From Eledone cirrhosa (taxonomy: Eukaryota), in contig OZ024743.1 of NCBI GenBank assembly GCA_964016885.1, forward strand, positions 293,818,001-293,882,000: a stretch of 64,000 nt of DNA, read 5' to 3'. Positions 43,761-58,809 of the stretch are shown here, piece after piece; positions within the stretch are counted from its first letter, which is position 1; each line of letters opens with the position of its first letter. Below the pieces are notes generated by a model that had not been told where the DNA came from, ran no database searches, and saw only the letters and a list, made by a program, of their open reading frames with translations. The position numbers were made by a program, and so were the translations under genes.

Positions 43761-44652
43761 TTATTACTATCGGTTTCCCCTCCCTGTTTTGTGTTATTTT
43801 GTTTGCCTGTATCTGTGTGCTGTGTCTAAAAAATGGTTGGGGTAGAGGGGTTGCCTGCTGATGTTAAGTGGTCTCCTGTGTTTGTTATATTCCTTGTTGT
43901 TGTAAAATGTGGTTCGGGTTCGTGGTTGTAGATTGAATGGGGTGTTCCTGTATTGCGAGTATGGATGTGTGTTTCTATGTGCCATGTTTGATTGTGGTGT
44001 TATAGGTGGCCTACGTTATTGGTTGTATCGTGTGGTGTGGGTTTATTGTGTATTGTGGAAGCGAGAGTTGAGAAAATGGAAATTACCTTGCTGTCCCCTT
44101 GAAGCGGGGAAGTTGTTACATCTATCATGGTGGTGGTATCTTTTCACTGTGTTTGACGATGAGGCATCCGCGTAGTAGTTGAGTGATTTGGTATGGTGTC
44201 TCCTTGAAGGGGGAAAGTTGTAAATGTCATTCTGGGGGAGATGATTTCTTGGGTTTTTGTTCCTTCTTATGGTAGCGAGGTTGGGAAGTTCATCTTCGGT
44301 GTGGTGCTTCCTTCTTCGTTTGTTACTGGCTTGGGGGTTTGCGAAGTTGTTGTGCGGTTCAGTCATGGGTTTTTCTATTTTTTATGAACGGGTTATTGGA
44401 GGTGTAATCCGTTTGAAAAGTCGATTCATAGTGTAGGAACCAAGCGGCACTTTTTTCCCAGCGTTGAAGGGATTTCAGTTCTTCTCTGTTGCAGTCCCCT
44501 TTCCATAATTTGGAGATCTTCTCTACCTTGGGGCCTTCAGTTTTGTTGTTGATTTCCAGGAGGATCTCTTCATATATGTATATATACACATACATACATA
44601 CATATATATATATATACATATACACATATATACATATATACACACACACACA

Positions 44653-44708
<56 letters not shown>

Positions 44709-44811
44709 CATATACACATATATATATATATTCATACATATATATATACACATATATAGCTATGTATATATATATATATATATACATATATGTATATATA
44801 TATATACATAT

Positions 44812-45098
44812 AAGTATGCATGTGGTTGCCTTAACACCGTATGGCATAAATTCAGGCTGTTCAGTTTGTTTACAAATGAACAAAACGACGTTATAATAAG
44901 CGCCGCTAAACTGATACGTGCATATATGTATGTAACCTGTATGCATATGTATATATATATGTATATATATATATATATATATGTGCATGCTACTGTACGT
45001 CTGTATACATATATGTATGTACGTATACATGCATACTTACATTTAAGTAAGTGCCATACTAAGAGTGAGAAATGAAATTTCGTTTTCATTTTGTTTCA
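44812..45098 (+). mobile_element. Helentron/DINE-like non-autonomous element
   Basis: Sub-terminal IR GTATGGCA (44839-44846) / TGCCATAC (45052-45059), GTTTGTTTACAAA core, internal microsatellite, 3' hairpin AATGAAA..TTTCATT. Confidence 0.5.
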
Positions 45099-45449
45099 AT
45101 TTATATATACATAAATATATACATATATATATATACATATTATACACACATACATATGTGTGTGTGTATATATATATATATTTAAGTTTGTTGGTTCACT
45201 ACTGGATAGAACTGGTCATTCCGTATGGTCAATCTCGATGTAATATTATGGAGAGTACTCAACGTAATGCAGCTCACCGGTCGGTCGTCCTCTTGTCTAT
45301 GATTTTCAGCCCCATGGATTTTATCTGTTATATTCCTTTGTTATATTTCGAATACCTGATGATATCACCGGATTCATACGGAACCCGGTCATTGAGATGA
45401 TCATGGTATAATAAACCTTTGAAGGATTTACACAAGTCCAGCCTCCTGT

Positions 45450-45512
<63 letters not shown>

Positions 45513-45660
45513 TAACAGATTAAAGTTTAAGCCAAGAATCGCTGCTTTCACCCTTAATCTCTTATTTTAATAAATATTTGCTCTACGGTTCTTATATATT
45601 TGATATATATTTATCCTTATCGAGCCCTCTTTAGATTTCAGTCTTCAAATTTATTATTAT

Positions 45661-45709
<49 letters not shown>

Positions 45710-45739
45710 TAAGTATATATATATCTTTTACACTTTTAC

Positions 45740-46215
45740 TCTTTTACCTTTTCCAGGCATCCGACTGAGGCCATCCTGGAGCACCGCCCTTGTTGGTACA
45801 CATTCTATCTCCAGCCTGTGTTGGCTGGCCATTGGTGTAATAGAGGGAGTCCGTTGTTGCTGCGCTTCGGTTACCTTCGTATTGTGCTGTGGGCTCATCC
45901 ACGATCCTGGATAGCAGAGTGTCTAGATGTCTTTTGAAAACATTCACCTCCACACCATGCAGATCTCTCAAATTCCCTGGCAGCTTGTTGAAGAGTTGAG
46001 TGCCTCTGGACACCAGGTTATTGCAATATCTGCCCTTTATTCTAGATGTAAAAGACGGGACCTTTTGCACCACAAATTGACGTCCAGTTCGGGGGTTAGT
46101 TCAGCTCTCAATGTCAAAGTTTAGTGCTAGGATTTTTTGTATGTTTATCACTTTTTATCACATCCGTCTTCTTTCGAAGCAGTAGAGTTTCAGTTCTTTA
46201 AGTTTATGTTTTCTT
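45740..46215 (-). mobile_element. CR1/L2-group LINE 3' fragment
   Basis: ELKLYCFERRR; NNLVSRGTQLFNKLPGNLRDL...FKRHLDTLLSRIVDEP. Confidence 0.7.
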
Positions 46216-46216
46216 A

Positions 46217-46287
<71 letters not shown>

Positions 46288-46610
46288 CTGCTCGGAGATC
46301 AGAGAATCGCTCCAAATGGAGCCGCTACGTCTACGAATTGATTGACCACATCTCTGATATTAAGGACATGTGGTTAGAATGTCGCAGGAAAGAATCGCTT
46401 GACAGATCTTACGGGCAAAATCAACTGGTAGGAGACTCAAGGGTAGAGCCCGAGCAAGGCAGTTGGATAACATCCATGAGCTTGGTTAGTCTCGCTTGGA
46501 GATCTAGCGGGATCAATTGGAAACCGTTGCTTCTGACACGACTCGTTGGAAGGCGTGCTTAAGGACGCCGCCCCCATGGCCTTCCCAGGAATAAAAGAAT
46601 TAAGGAGAAG
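46288..46610 (+). mobile_element. RTE LINE 3' fragment
   Basis: Manual translation EIRESLQMEPLRLRI...GHVVRMSQERIA.QILRAKSTGRRLKGRARAR.LDNI; homologous to 56670-56945. Confidence 0.75.
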
Positions 46611-46842
46611 ATGCTTCAGCACAGGTTCTTATTATTATAAAAACCTGTTAGGACGGAAACATTGGACAGCGTCATATATATATAAAATATATTAATAAGC
46701 AATTATAATATATGCTGGGGGTCAGCAATTTGAAGGAAATGGGCAAATCGATTAAATCGACACCAGTGTGTTACTTTATTGACCCCGTAATCATTAACAT
46801 CACAGATAACCTCGGTGAGATTTGAACTTAGAACGTAAGAAG

Positions 46843-46886
46843 CTGATGATTTCTCCTGAATGAAACTGTTCTAGTCCTGTAGAAGC

Positions 46887-46890
<4 letters not shown>
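46843..46890 (+). ncRNA. 5'-truncated HHR (39094 family) abutting a SINE fragment
   Basis: CUGAUGAUUUCUCCUGAAUGAAACUGUUCUAGUCCUGUAGAA; 5' strand of stem I missing. Confidence 0.55.
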
Positions 46891-46980
<90 letters not shown>

Positions 46981-47213
46981 ATATAGGTTGAACTGTTAGG
47001 TATTTTGTTTAGGATGCTGAATGAGATACATTGGTAAATCATTATTTGACATCAAACCCATAGACGTAGCCGAGTCAATCGGCCGAGCTTGCATAAAGAT
47101 CAACATAGGCATAAAAATAACAAACTTTTATTAGAGTTTTATATAGTAGATCCGTATTTGTTTTTATGTGAAAATTGTTTAACTGGTACTCGAATATCGC
47201 CGTACCTACAGCT

Positions 47214-47269
<56 letters not shown>

Positions 47270-50200
47270 TGAGCTCTCGTGTGTTAACGAATCGTCAGAC
47301 AGCAGCTATAGAAGAAGTACAAAACACGATTAGATATATGTACAAGATGGCAAAGGTCACACACCCCGCATTCGCTATTTAAAGTATCATGTTATTTATG
47401 CGAGTTCTTGATCAGCCAATAATATGATTTGGCAAAAACAGTGAAAGATAAAAAAACCTTTGGTCATTAAATGAAAGAGATACATATAAAATAACATGGG
47501 ATAAGATAAATAGCTTTAAATAAATAAAAATATGTCGGGGGTGAATTAATAATAAATAATGTTTGGGACTGGGAGGTGAGATCACTATGCGTGGGTGTTT
47601 AAAGCATGAAATAAATGGGTAGTAATAGATGACTAATTAAAATTGGGATACAATAGGTAATTAATTCAAAGGGTAAATATTCAAGTGCGACGATATTGGA
47701 GCTAACTGTTCTCTTGAGTCTAGTCGTGGGAACCTATACATTGCCGTATTTTTGCGTTACCTTAATTCAACTTCACGATGTAGCCTTGAAAGTCTATATT
47801 CTAAGTGTCTGTGTATCTGAATGCAAGAGTGCTTGCGCGTTTGAATTGACCCTGGATATAAATTTCTGTTAAAATAGTATACATGCAAACCGTGGATTCA
47901 AGTGCAGATTTCACAGATTTTAGTGTTAGTAACGCTATAGAATTAAGAGTAAAAGATACTAAGTGTTGAAGCACTGCATATATATAACCGAAGCATGAGT
48001 ACGCATACCTGAAATATCAAAGATAAGTTTATTAAAAGATATTAAGCTATTTAAATGTCTACATATAAGATAAAAAATGGATCGCTTTCTACAGATTTAA
48101 AATCAAATGTATAGATAGGTGATGGAAAAAGACATGACTGTTGGTTACATGTTATTTAAATGATCTTCCTGTAAAGTGATTTAAGCCCACACGTCTGTTG
48201 AGTAAATTGATACTGGAGTCAAGTCTATCACGCCGATAAATACCTCGAGCCAATCATCTGAGAAACATATGTAACGTTCGATATACGATAAAATAATTTC
48301 AAAGTGACCCCTTCGTTATATAATCCAGACAGGAGTCTACCTTGAGTTATGCACACAATTATGTTATGGCAATAAGAACACTGCAGAACTATATTTTGCA
48401 GTTCTTAGGTTGAATGCTAACCTGATTGGGTGTTTATTTTGCAGGCGTTTTTTTAAAAGTGCACCTGTATATCTTTGCACCTGTAGAACAATGCAGAGGA
48501 TTTCATTGCCTACATGCACAATTTCTTTGCCAGCTCTATCCATAAATTTATTTCCGATTGACAGGCTCCTATCTGCAGAACACGGCACATGAATAAAATC
48601 GTACATTTTGATTTTACAATCTTTTATGTATGTCAATATTTGGTCTATATAATCGCGTTTTAGGTAAAACCCTGATTCTCCTTAACATTTTGTGGTTTAG
48701 CCACAAATGGCTGCTACTTATGTTGCATTAAGATTTGTTTGTCTATCCGTTTATAGGATTTACATGGAATGGTTTGTTTCACTAATGGCTTTTTAACATG
48801 TTGATGGTATTTTGCTTAATACCTTATTTTCCCCTTTCATATTGTTTCTATAATTACTGATGTGCAATTCACATTTTCATTGTAGTTTTGACTCCAGCTT
48901 TACTTTAGCTCTAAACCTTGGTACTTTTTTGTGTGGGCGGTATAAAGACGTCTTGTATGTGGTTGTATATAAACTTTTGTTATTTTCTGATTGTATTCTA
49001 TGGACTGGAATCGTTTTTTGCATTCTTTTATATAGATTTCTGTTGCAATTATTACTGTTCCGTAATTGGATTCTACTTATCTACTTGTGCTAAGCCTCTG
49101 TCTCTTTATTTTATTTTCTCTAAAGCTGTTAGACATCTAGTTTGTAATGTCCTTGTGATATACTCCAATCTTATGTTTTCACTAACCATTCACTACATGA
49201 TGGTAATATTATATGACAGTGTAGGCATGGTATTGGGATACTTATTATATTTTCTTGATTGTTTTCGTTTGTTTCAAAATATATTTGATTTTTAGTTTCA
49301 ATTCCACACGTTATGCGTATTGATTTTTTTAAAAATATTAGATTTAGTCCACCTTCAACACGTCCAAGTACTTCTATATGCCTTGGCATTCGAGTTTTTC
49401 TTAATGCTTCAGCTATTCGTTTCCAGTTCAGATATTCTGCTGTCTATTTCAAAGAAAAACATTAATAGAATCCGAGGACACTAATAATCGCCTGAATTGG
49501 CTAAAAAAATACATTTAATAAAATTCATAAAGTCGTATGCTGTATGGACGATTGAATACTAACATATCTGGACAAGTTCTTTCCACATTTGCTTCATTTT
49601 TTGCTATACATACCTCTCCTCACAGCACACAAGAGAAACTTATTTTAATATATTAAAACGTGAATCTGAGACAGTTCTCTATGTAATATTTTAAACTTAT
49701 AGTTTTGTTGAATATTTCAAAATATTTGTTAGGCATGATTTATATTATCTCCTAATAGGTGACAGGTGGTTTTTCATCATGATGACTTCTCCTCACTTCT
49801 TTTATTACCAGCTGATTCGAGTTATTTCTTTATACCTTCTCATTTATCCCAATACCTACATTATTTTTATTCTGAACTCCTACTGGTTTTCTGATAACAT
49901 ATTTAAATCTATGTTTCCATTATTGTTAAATCGTTTGCTCTTTTGCGATTCGTTCTACAACAAACCTTTCCCCAATTCCCAGGCAACATTATAAACCAAC
50001 AGTCAACTCAGTAATCATGTCTGCTGAACAGTATTTTGATATGCTATCTATTTTGTTATTTTATTTTTGCAATTACATTATTTTCCTTTTGTTCTACGAG
50101 TATACTGTAGACTAAGTGGTGTTTGCAATAATCCAATTTGTTACCAATTCCCCAAGTCTCGATACTGTGTTGAATTTCCAACTAAAATGTTTACAGTTCG

Positions 50201-52089
50201 TATCGCTCCATCGCTCTTGTGCTATTTATTCACTGTCCAAATCACTTAAAAGTCAAACTTGAACAATAGTTAATTAGGAAGCAAGATCCAGTTACCGACA
50301 GCTAATGTAAGCAGCTGAGGCACTGTATACTGAACTAGTGCTTATTTCGTTTAAAATATTCAATTGAAATATTTTACTAAATGGGGTTTGTCTAGAGATG
50401 GGAAAGTACTCTCGTGTATTTTGGTTTTTACCATTTAGTCAGTGATGGAAGGGCAATGTTCAGGAACCTTTTTCAGGGAATCCGAGAATTGTGGGGGAGA
50501 GGGGTGGGGGGGGGACAGAGGAAAGAAAGTATTCTCAAACTGGACACATAGGCTCTGCTAAAGGCCCTAAAGGTCACTCAGAGGCCAAGTAGTGGAATTA
50601 GACCACGTGATGAATTAAGTGTACCACCCAAATTGTTCACTGCGGAACTTGAACTTAGAACGGAAAAAGTCAGAACTAATATCGCAAGCCTTCTCATCCG
50701 ACGCCCTAACATTTTCGCCAATTCACTGCCCTGTAGTAGTTTGATATATTATTGACTTTGAAAGGATGAAATGCAAAGTTGACCTCTGAGGAATTTAAAC
50801 CTAGGATGCAGTGGTCCAGAAACAACACTGCGTTGTGATGGCAGAGCCAATTCACCGCCATTAGTTGCTTAATATATTATACACAATGGCCAGAGTATCT
50901 GATATAGTTGTGATCAGTCATTTGCATATAATACACTACGTGTGAATGGTTTTGTTTCTGAGTGGCGAAGGAGTTGACAGTAAGATGGGTTTGAACCAGA
51001 AATCACGTGGTTGGGAAGCAAACAGTTTTAACCACACATCCATTTCTTTGCCTAAATCTCCAACAATTCAACATAACACATTTTGCTACAACCACTCTAT
51101 ACTAACATTTATTATACAATCCCTTACGGGATCTTGATCATATAGAGAACTAACAAATCACGTACATAATTAAATGTAACTATTTTCTCTATCTATACTA
51201 TCTCTGTGAGAATTACTAACTTTGATCTCTTTCTTTTATATTCCGCTAATTCCTTTTGTTGAATAAATGTCTTCATTTATTTTCTCGCGGCTATATTAAA
51301 CGTTAAGATGGTGAATTGGCAGAGTAGTTAGAAGGTCAGATGAAATGCTTCGCAGTATTCGGTCCAGCTCTCTGGAATCTAGAGTATAAATCTCGTCACA
51401 GTCAAATTGGCCTTTCATCCTCTCAAGATTGATAAATAAAACATCACTCTTATGGCTAATGTAAATTCTTTTTCTATATTTCTTTTTTAATTACACGCTA
51501 TCTTTCTGGAAGAAATCAGCTGTGTGCAGACCCACTTTAAGTGCCTAAGACACACCGCATATCATTAATACACCCCTACGACTCACTCAAAAGGGCATAT
51601 AACATGGAATGGCACATTAACAATCACGACCTGTTCTCATGATAAATGCCTGCAACAATTCTTCTACGTCACATCCACATTTTCTCATTGTAATAATTTA
51701 CATAGGCGTCGAAATGATAGAGATGTTACGACGTTAGATTAAATGTCTCTGCATTTATTCCAACTGCCAGATCAGTTTTACCATTCATTCTTTCGAGATC
51801 GATATTAAAATTATTACCAGTCCAATACTTGGGGCGATTCTTAACTCCTCCTTCATTATAATTTGTTTTTACTATCTTACTTTCTCTGGAAGAAATCGGC
51901 ACCATTCATACCTGAAGTATGATGAGCTCCATAGAGTTTTAAATGGCTAACACACGCCTTGTATCACGACAGCATCTACACGATTCCTTCTGTGTTCTAG
52001 CTCCATTTAAAAACGCTCTTGTTATTATAATTAAGAGTTAAATTAATATTATTATTATTGGAGTCTTAGTCACTGATGTTATTTAACTG

Positions 52090-52745
52090 GAAAGTTTGTT
52101 CAAATGAACATCAAGCAGCTACCTGCAGCCTCAGATATTCAGGACGTATCGGAGGGTTCTTGCTGTTCCCAGTAAACACACCTTTTGAAAAGTTCCACAA
52201 AAGGGGGCTGGACTAATGTTCTTCGAGATAGTACTTATGGCAATCGGTACGACCCCAAATTGTCTCATGACAACCCTAAATCCTTTTTAATTCCCACTTT
52301 AAATCCTGGTATCGGTTAAGTTTCTCCTCCTTTTCTGTACTCTTGTTTCAAATGGCAGGCTTCATCTACAATCAGGCACGATCTTTTTTCTTTGTCAAAA
52401 GCACCAGGTCAGGCCTATTGTGTTCTAATTTCTTGTCTCTCTGTATCCGTAAATCCCATAGCACCTTCAATTGTTCGTTTTCTAACACTGACTCTGGTTT
52501 ATCCTCATACTACTTCTCAGAATATGGTAACTTATTTAGTTTCCTATTATATGATGCCTCCAGCTTTTATAGTGAGACTGGGCTAGGTGTTTACACTCGG
52601 ATACAATGTGAGCCACAGTCTCTTCCCTCTCTTCACAGATCCTACAGAATGGGCTAGCCTCTTCCTTGTCAATATGGTGTTTCACCCACTTCGTTCTGAG
52701 AACTTGCTCTTGTGCAGCCATTAGCATTCCTTTTGTAGATGTTGT
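52090..52745 (-). mobile_element. R4/Dong-like non-LTR retrotransposon 3' fragment (CCHC + restriction-like endonuclease)
   Basis: LMAAQEQVLRTK...CRICEEREETVAHIVSECKHLA..YKSWRH; VLWDLRIQRDKKLEHNRPDLVL; CLIVD. Confidence 0.85.
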
Positions 52746-53559
52746 TATTATTAGTTTTTCGAGTAGACGTAACGTATACTTTTGCTTTGTAAGTTTTGTT
52801 GATTTTTGTTTGTTTGCATAACGTTCCTTGTTATAAATTATAAATAGGGCGCCACCCATTACCCTAAATGCGATAACATAATATTTGGGCATTCGTTCCA
52901 AATACTATCAATTATAAACACATTACTGCCACAAAATTAATAAATTATTATAGGTGACACTACACTCTCAAACGGGTGTAAAAATATTTTGCACGTGCAA
53001 ACCATAACTCGCGATATCAGCAAAAGAGCAACTGCAACAACGTCACCACCAATATCATTACTCTTACCATCATTACAGGAACAACCAACAAGGCGGTCAC
53101 CTCCATACTTCCACCTCCGTAAACAACAACAACTATGAGAATGTAAAAATCGTGCAAGCAGCTAGCAACCAGCAAGCTTGATAAACACTGGGTTGACCAC
53201 ACAATGAACCAGTCTTGTAACATAAAAAGCGCACTCAACATAAAAAGCGCACTCACCCATCCAACCTCTTCCTTCGAAGGGGAGGTAAAAAATGTAGAAA
53301 AACTAAGTTGAAGAGTTAACGGAGGCAATTGGGATGGTGGAAAAATGGAGACACAGGGTGACCCTCGAAACTCTAACCTACAATTTAAACTATATCATGT
53401 CTGGTGGAGTAGGCTCAAATCAAAAACGCCTTGGGTGGCATGCGGATAAGTTAAAACATATAACTCAACGCAAATTATTTGGGTAAATGGGTGTTTTATT
53501 TGTTCCCACAAGATGTAAAATCTCACTCACGAGCTCCCCTCAGAAGCGACGAACAAACT

Positions 53560-55335
53560 CTCATACCAACCAACTGCGGCCAGGTACTACTCACAATAAT
53601 GATTTCTTGGTTAGTCGCAACTGCCCGCGCAGACATTGAGGACTAAACAATAGAAGAGGTGTACTAAATAATCAACTTAGATCAATCGAAAGCTTTCGAG
53701 AGTGTCGAGCATTGTTACAGGGAACAAGTCTTCAAAGCAGCCAGCTTTAGGCTCGTTTTCAGAGGATGGATCACACCGACATCTGCTCTGTGGTCAGAGA
53801 GAACAGCCCTCTTCTCGGAACCGTTCCACATCACGGGCTCAGTCTGAAAAGGTTGTCCTTTCATCTCTATTGTATGTATTGTCTCTCAAGTCGCTACTAC
53901 TAAAATTGGAGGCCGACGACGTCATTGTTTTGGTGTCGAGTAGTAAACATATTTAGTTGATCTGCATCACCCTCGGGGAATACGAAGCGATAACAGGGCC
54001 AAAATTGAACCAGGAAACATCTATGGGTTTGCGGCTCAGTACCTGTGCCGTCCTATAATGCCACCCGACGCTGTACTGACAGGCCGGTTAAATTGCTCGG
54101 GGTCTGCTTTGGTCAAGATCTCCAAATGGATAAAAACTAGGACAAGGCTTGCCATTCTTGCCCAGAAATAGACAGAGAGAAGTTATCCCTGAAATGCCGG
54201 GTAGAGGTAGCGAACGCGAACAAGGCACCCATAATCTAAAATCAACTGATTGTCGTGCCTTGTCTTCGTTCACGTCTAAATGCAAATATGCGTTGAAGTT
54301 ATCTAGGTCATCTCCAGCTTACCTCTATGGTGAATATGTGTGTTCACCCTTTGCTAGGTACGTATTTCGATAGATCTTATCCCCGACAGAAATGCACTCC
54401 TGGATAAAGTGAAGTGCGAGAGGGAGCGCTAGGAAATTGGTATGTCTTCACGCACTTACAGCCTCCTAGAAAATTGGTGAAACACCAAATTGGCGTTCTG
54501 TTGTGGATTAGAGACGACGCTCTTGGGGAAACTCTGGGCGTCGAGGAAAATCAAATAGCTACTCTTTTCCGGAGGACTTTCAGTTCAGGGTTCATGAATA
54601 ACTCCACAAATCCCTGACCTAACAGTGCTATTAAGGAGCATTACCAGTTCACGATAACCTCGACAGCCAGTCAACCGTGCATGTTCTAGATGTTCGCATG
54701 TTGACGAAACAGTCCAGCACGCACTCGTTCAGGATCCTCGTATTGCTAATATGGGTTTATGTCGAATACCTGCTGTCATGTGTAAGATGGATCCGGCTCT
54801 CAGTTGAGTCCATCGTAAAGATTACTCCGCCGCCTTTCTTTAGCCGGAAAAGACAGGCAGTTTTATCTGCCCGGTGGCCATAGTGAGTGCGGTCGTGTGA
54901 TGGACACCGTTGAGTAGTTTGAAGACAAGTACATTCCTCTTCGGTGAAGCCCTGATTAACTTTTTCAGGTTTCACCAGTAGAAAATAAGCGTCTAGAGGG
55001 ATATGGTATCAATCACCCAATTTGTTGAAAGGCGGGTGAGAGAGGCAAGCATGGGCCGAGTGATTGGGCGTGCTCTGAGTATGCGCGTGTAGATTGGTGG
55101 AAGACAACTGGAACTGGGCATTTGACCTAGTAGTCAAGGTTACAGTCAGTGTTGTGGACTTTCTCCACGAGTGACTCTCGTAAGCCCCTTATATTAGTGA
55201 ATTTATCTTTTTGAATGTTTTACATGTGCTTCTCTGATAAAACCTCTTTAACCGCCAAAAACCTACACTTGTCCGTCCTCTACCGTCATTAATGTTTTCT
55301 TAATGTAAGCACTGTGTGGCTAATAACGAAAACAT
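53560..55335 (+). mobile_element. Degenerate L1/Tx1-clade LINE (RT to 3' end)
   Basis: Manual translation INLDQSKAFESVEH; KGCP/SSLLYVLSLKSLL; ADDVIVLV; EYEAITGPKLNQETSMGL. Confidence 0.7.
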
Positions 55336-55359
55336 TATTGCTGATGTTGTTTTTCTCAT

Positions 55360-55418
<59 letters not shown>

Positions 55419-56209
55419 GTAGTAGTAGTAGTAGTTGTTGTTGTTGTTATTACTTCGCATTATAAATATTCATTCAGATTTGACATTTGCCAAAATGGTA
55501 TTCGAAATATCAAATAATTGTAACATTTACTGATTTCTCAGGAAAGAGAGCACGGAAGAGACGAGAAAACGAAGCGTATGTGAGAGGGAAAGAAAGACAT
55601 TATGAGAGAAAAATACGAAGGAAGAGAATGATATAAAGAGAGATATAGCAGAATAATAATGGTAATGTGGAGGTGTTGATGTATATGTAATATATTGTCC
55701 TGTTCTCTCGTCTTTCTCTTAATAAGATATCTCCATTTATTTCTGTTTGTTTCCGGGCTAATTCTTTTATTATATTTCTATTTATTTACCTAACTGCCTC
55801 CATATACGATTTACTCCCCCCTCCTCTGTCTCTATCTATCTATGTATATATATATATATATATATATATAAATTTTGAATATATGTTGGTTGTTTACCGA
55901 CACAGTATGCAGATTGGAGCACTCGACGAAGTACGCAGGTTGGTTTGTTTACTCCGGTGTAATGTAAAATAAAGTCAAATGTGTAAAATTTGGCTTCGTT
56001 TATTATAAATTATAGATATACTGCTATATAATGTATATTTCGGTGACAGCCATCATTGGCTGCGACCTCTGAGGAACTAGAATCATGATTCCAGTTCCTC
56101 AGAGGAATAACCCCCCCCCCCCCCCCACATATATATATATAACTCTCACTTTTTCTCTCACCCTCACCTTACGCGCTTGCACACACACTTTTATATAAAA
56201 TCGTATTTC

Positions 56210-56945
56210 TTTATTAGAAATAAATGATGCTATCAAAACCATTCAATGTAGGTGTCGAACTTCTCCAAACCTTCAAGGACAGGATTCAGAAGGGCAGCCG
56301 GGTTGCAAGCGGTATCAAAATAGATGGGTGTAGGATCAGACGACATGGTATTACTTAACTGGTCAGAAGGTGATCTCGACATGCACTTGATATATTCGCT
56401 GCCGAACGTTGTGTGACTGAAAAGAAAATCATTGCCACGAAGACAGAGACAGGCGTCCTCTTCAGGTAGCGTGCGAAGTGCTCTCTACATATGAGTGGAG
56501 TTTTAGCGAAGCAGGTGGAGAAGTTCAAGTATCTCGGGACCATTTGTATGAGTGATGGAAGTCAGGAGGGTGAATTAAGTACAAGAATTGAATAAGCTAG
56601 TGCAGTAATGTGTCAGTTTCAAAATTCGGTAGTCAGAAGGGAGGTAGTGTAAAGTTACTTGATAGTGTAGTTCGGAGATAAGTCCCTTCAGGTAGAGCCA
56701 GTATCTTTCCGAATTGAGAGATCACATCACCAAAACTACGGACATGTGTTTAGAATGTTTCAGGAAAGAATCGCGTGACAGATTTTACAGGCCAAACCAA
56801 CCGCAGGAGATCCAGAGATATACCCGAGCGAGATGTTTCGGTAACCTCCAAGAGTTAGGCTGGTCTCACATGGGAATCTAGCGGGACCAACTGGAGATTG
56901 TTGCTTCTGACAGGACCCATACGGGGGTATGTGGACGATGAAGAA
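56210..56945 (+). mobile_element. Degenerate RTE LINE fragment
   Basis: KQVEKFKYLGTI..SDG...ELSTRI..ASAVM; GHVFRMFQERIA.QILQAKPT. Confidence 0.75.
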
Positions 56946-57039
56946 GAAATGATATTTGTCGGGTGGCTGACGAAGAAACTAGATGCCACTGTTTGTCTTT
57001 TGCATCCGTCTTTCTGTGTGCATTGTAGTAATATATAAT

Positions 57040-57232
57040 AATAATAATTGTTTCTACGTTTAGCACAAGGTCAGCTATTACCCAGTACATTACTGGTACT
57101 TTATTTTATCAACCCCGTAAGGATGAAAGGCAAAGTTAACCTCGACGGGATTTGAACTCAGTCAGACCGTAAAGGGACGTAACTATGCTAGAAGGCATGA
57201 CGTCAAACTATCTACAGATACTGCCAATTATA
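57040..57232 (-). mobile_element. tRNA-derived SINE
   Basis: Near-identical core to 34690-34812. Confidence 0.75.
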
Positions 57233-57405
57233 AGGTGTGATAGTTCGCTTGAAGCGTTGTGAAGCATTATCAAATATGAAAATATAAAAGGGATATGTTT
57301 AGAAAGCCGTACGATGCAAGTCGATTAGAAACACCAAGGTAACATATCTTTCTCACCCCACTTTGCATTGTGCGGCTTTCTAAACATACCCACTTTTCAT
57401 ATCAC

Positions 57406-57497
<92 letters not shown>

Positions 57498-58809
57498 TCT
57501 CCTAGCGCAGATCAATTTGAAATTCTTATCAGAAAATGTTGCTATCCCAAAAGTAGAAGAAATCTGTAACAACCGTTGATTGCTATAAATAATAATTTAG
57601 AAAAATCAGGTAAAAGTCCATTATGGAAGGAGAAAAAAGGTCAGCAGCTTTTTCATAGCGGCTACTGAACACATTTCTCCGTGTAAAGGGGTATTTCCAC
57701 TTTTCATGACTCGACCTTTTGACGGCTATATTATATATTCAGCATGCTCATCTGGTCAAACTTGCTTATATGTTATATTCACATATTGATATATTACAAT
57801 TTATGAATATTACAGTTATAACTTGTGCAGTTATGTTTCAAACTTGCAAACGCTGATTAACATTGGTTGATGAAAAAGCAGTAGTGTTTGGCTATGTCTA
57901 TGAGTGCATATATATAAAAGTTTTTTTGATAATCTATGTATAAATCTATTAAATATATCGCCGAGGTGTTATATGAAAAACCGTTAGAGAAAAAAAAACG
58001 CTTCATAGTTTTCTCTGAGTTTTTCTGAATAAGCTTGGATGCGTATAGTTATAAACACAGTTATTAGGAATTTTTTAAAATATGTGCTATTTAAAAAAAT
58101 ATTGTCTTAAATTAGGATGCTGTTCATAAAGTGTCTGCGTGGCATTTAAGAAAATGGTAGCGTTCGTGTAAAAATGTAGATAGTAATTCAGTTTACTTGG
58201 CCGATATCTTAGTATGATTATTTTCGATAATACATAAATTACAATGAGATAGATTGCATACTAATTGAGTCGAATAGATGTTATCTAATATTATATAATA
58301 AGTTCTATTTTCGAAATACCAAATGAGATTTGCAGAGCTTTACTTGAATCATATCTGTATACTTCTGAGATTATAATTGTGTTGGTAGCATCTAAATTTA
58401 TATCAATTTGCTATCAATCTGATGTTAACCTCTGACAATCTATATGATTATTGTTAGATTTGACTCTGAATAGATATATCTTTATTCAAAATCTCTCCAA
58501 GGAAGGCCCATAGCCCATTTCTAGGAAAAGGATTACAAGAAATTGGTGACTAGCGTTAATGTCTCGAATGCAATCTTTCTCTTTTTATATCTTTATGCAT
58601 GATTAAGATAGCACATATAGGATGGCAGTAGAATAATCAATCATATGGTAATAAAAATGAGCAGATAAAGACAGATAAAAGAACTCACATAATTAAAATA
58701 TGTAAATGAAATAACAAGAAAATAGTTACAAAAACCAAATAAAATGAAATGGCGATAACCGATTTGATGTATATATATAAGTTAATGAAACTTCTAATAT
58801 TTCGCAAGA

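Larger units (their letters stand above)
39361..44572 (-). mobile_element. Near-full-length Penelope-like retroelement (Neptune-type), frameshifted
   Basis: Collinear ORF pieces 44572 to 41547, long 3' region with (AAAT)n/(AAAAT)n and a terminal HHR, microsatellite at both ends. Linkage of 39361-41546 to the ORF is inferred. Confidence 0.8.

Noticed and set aside
45350-45415. ATACCTGATGA...GGTAT possible HHR
   Set aside because: No GAAA core found.
48800-50250. Possible decayed L1-like RT on the minus strand (LNWKRIAEALRK)
   Set aside because: A single weak motif; insufficient without a profile search.
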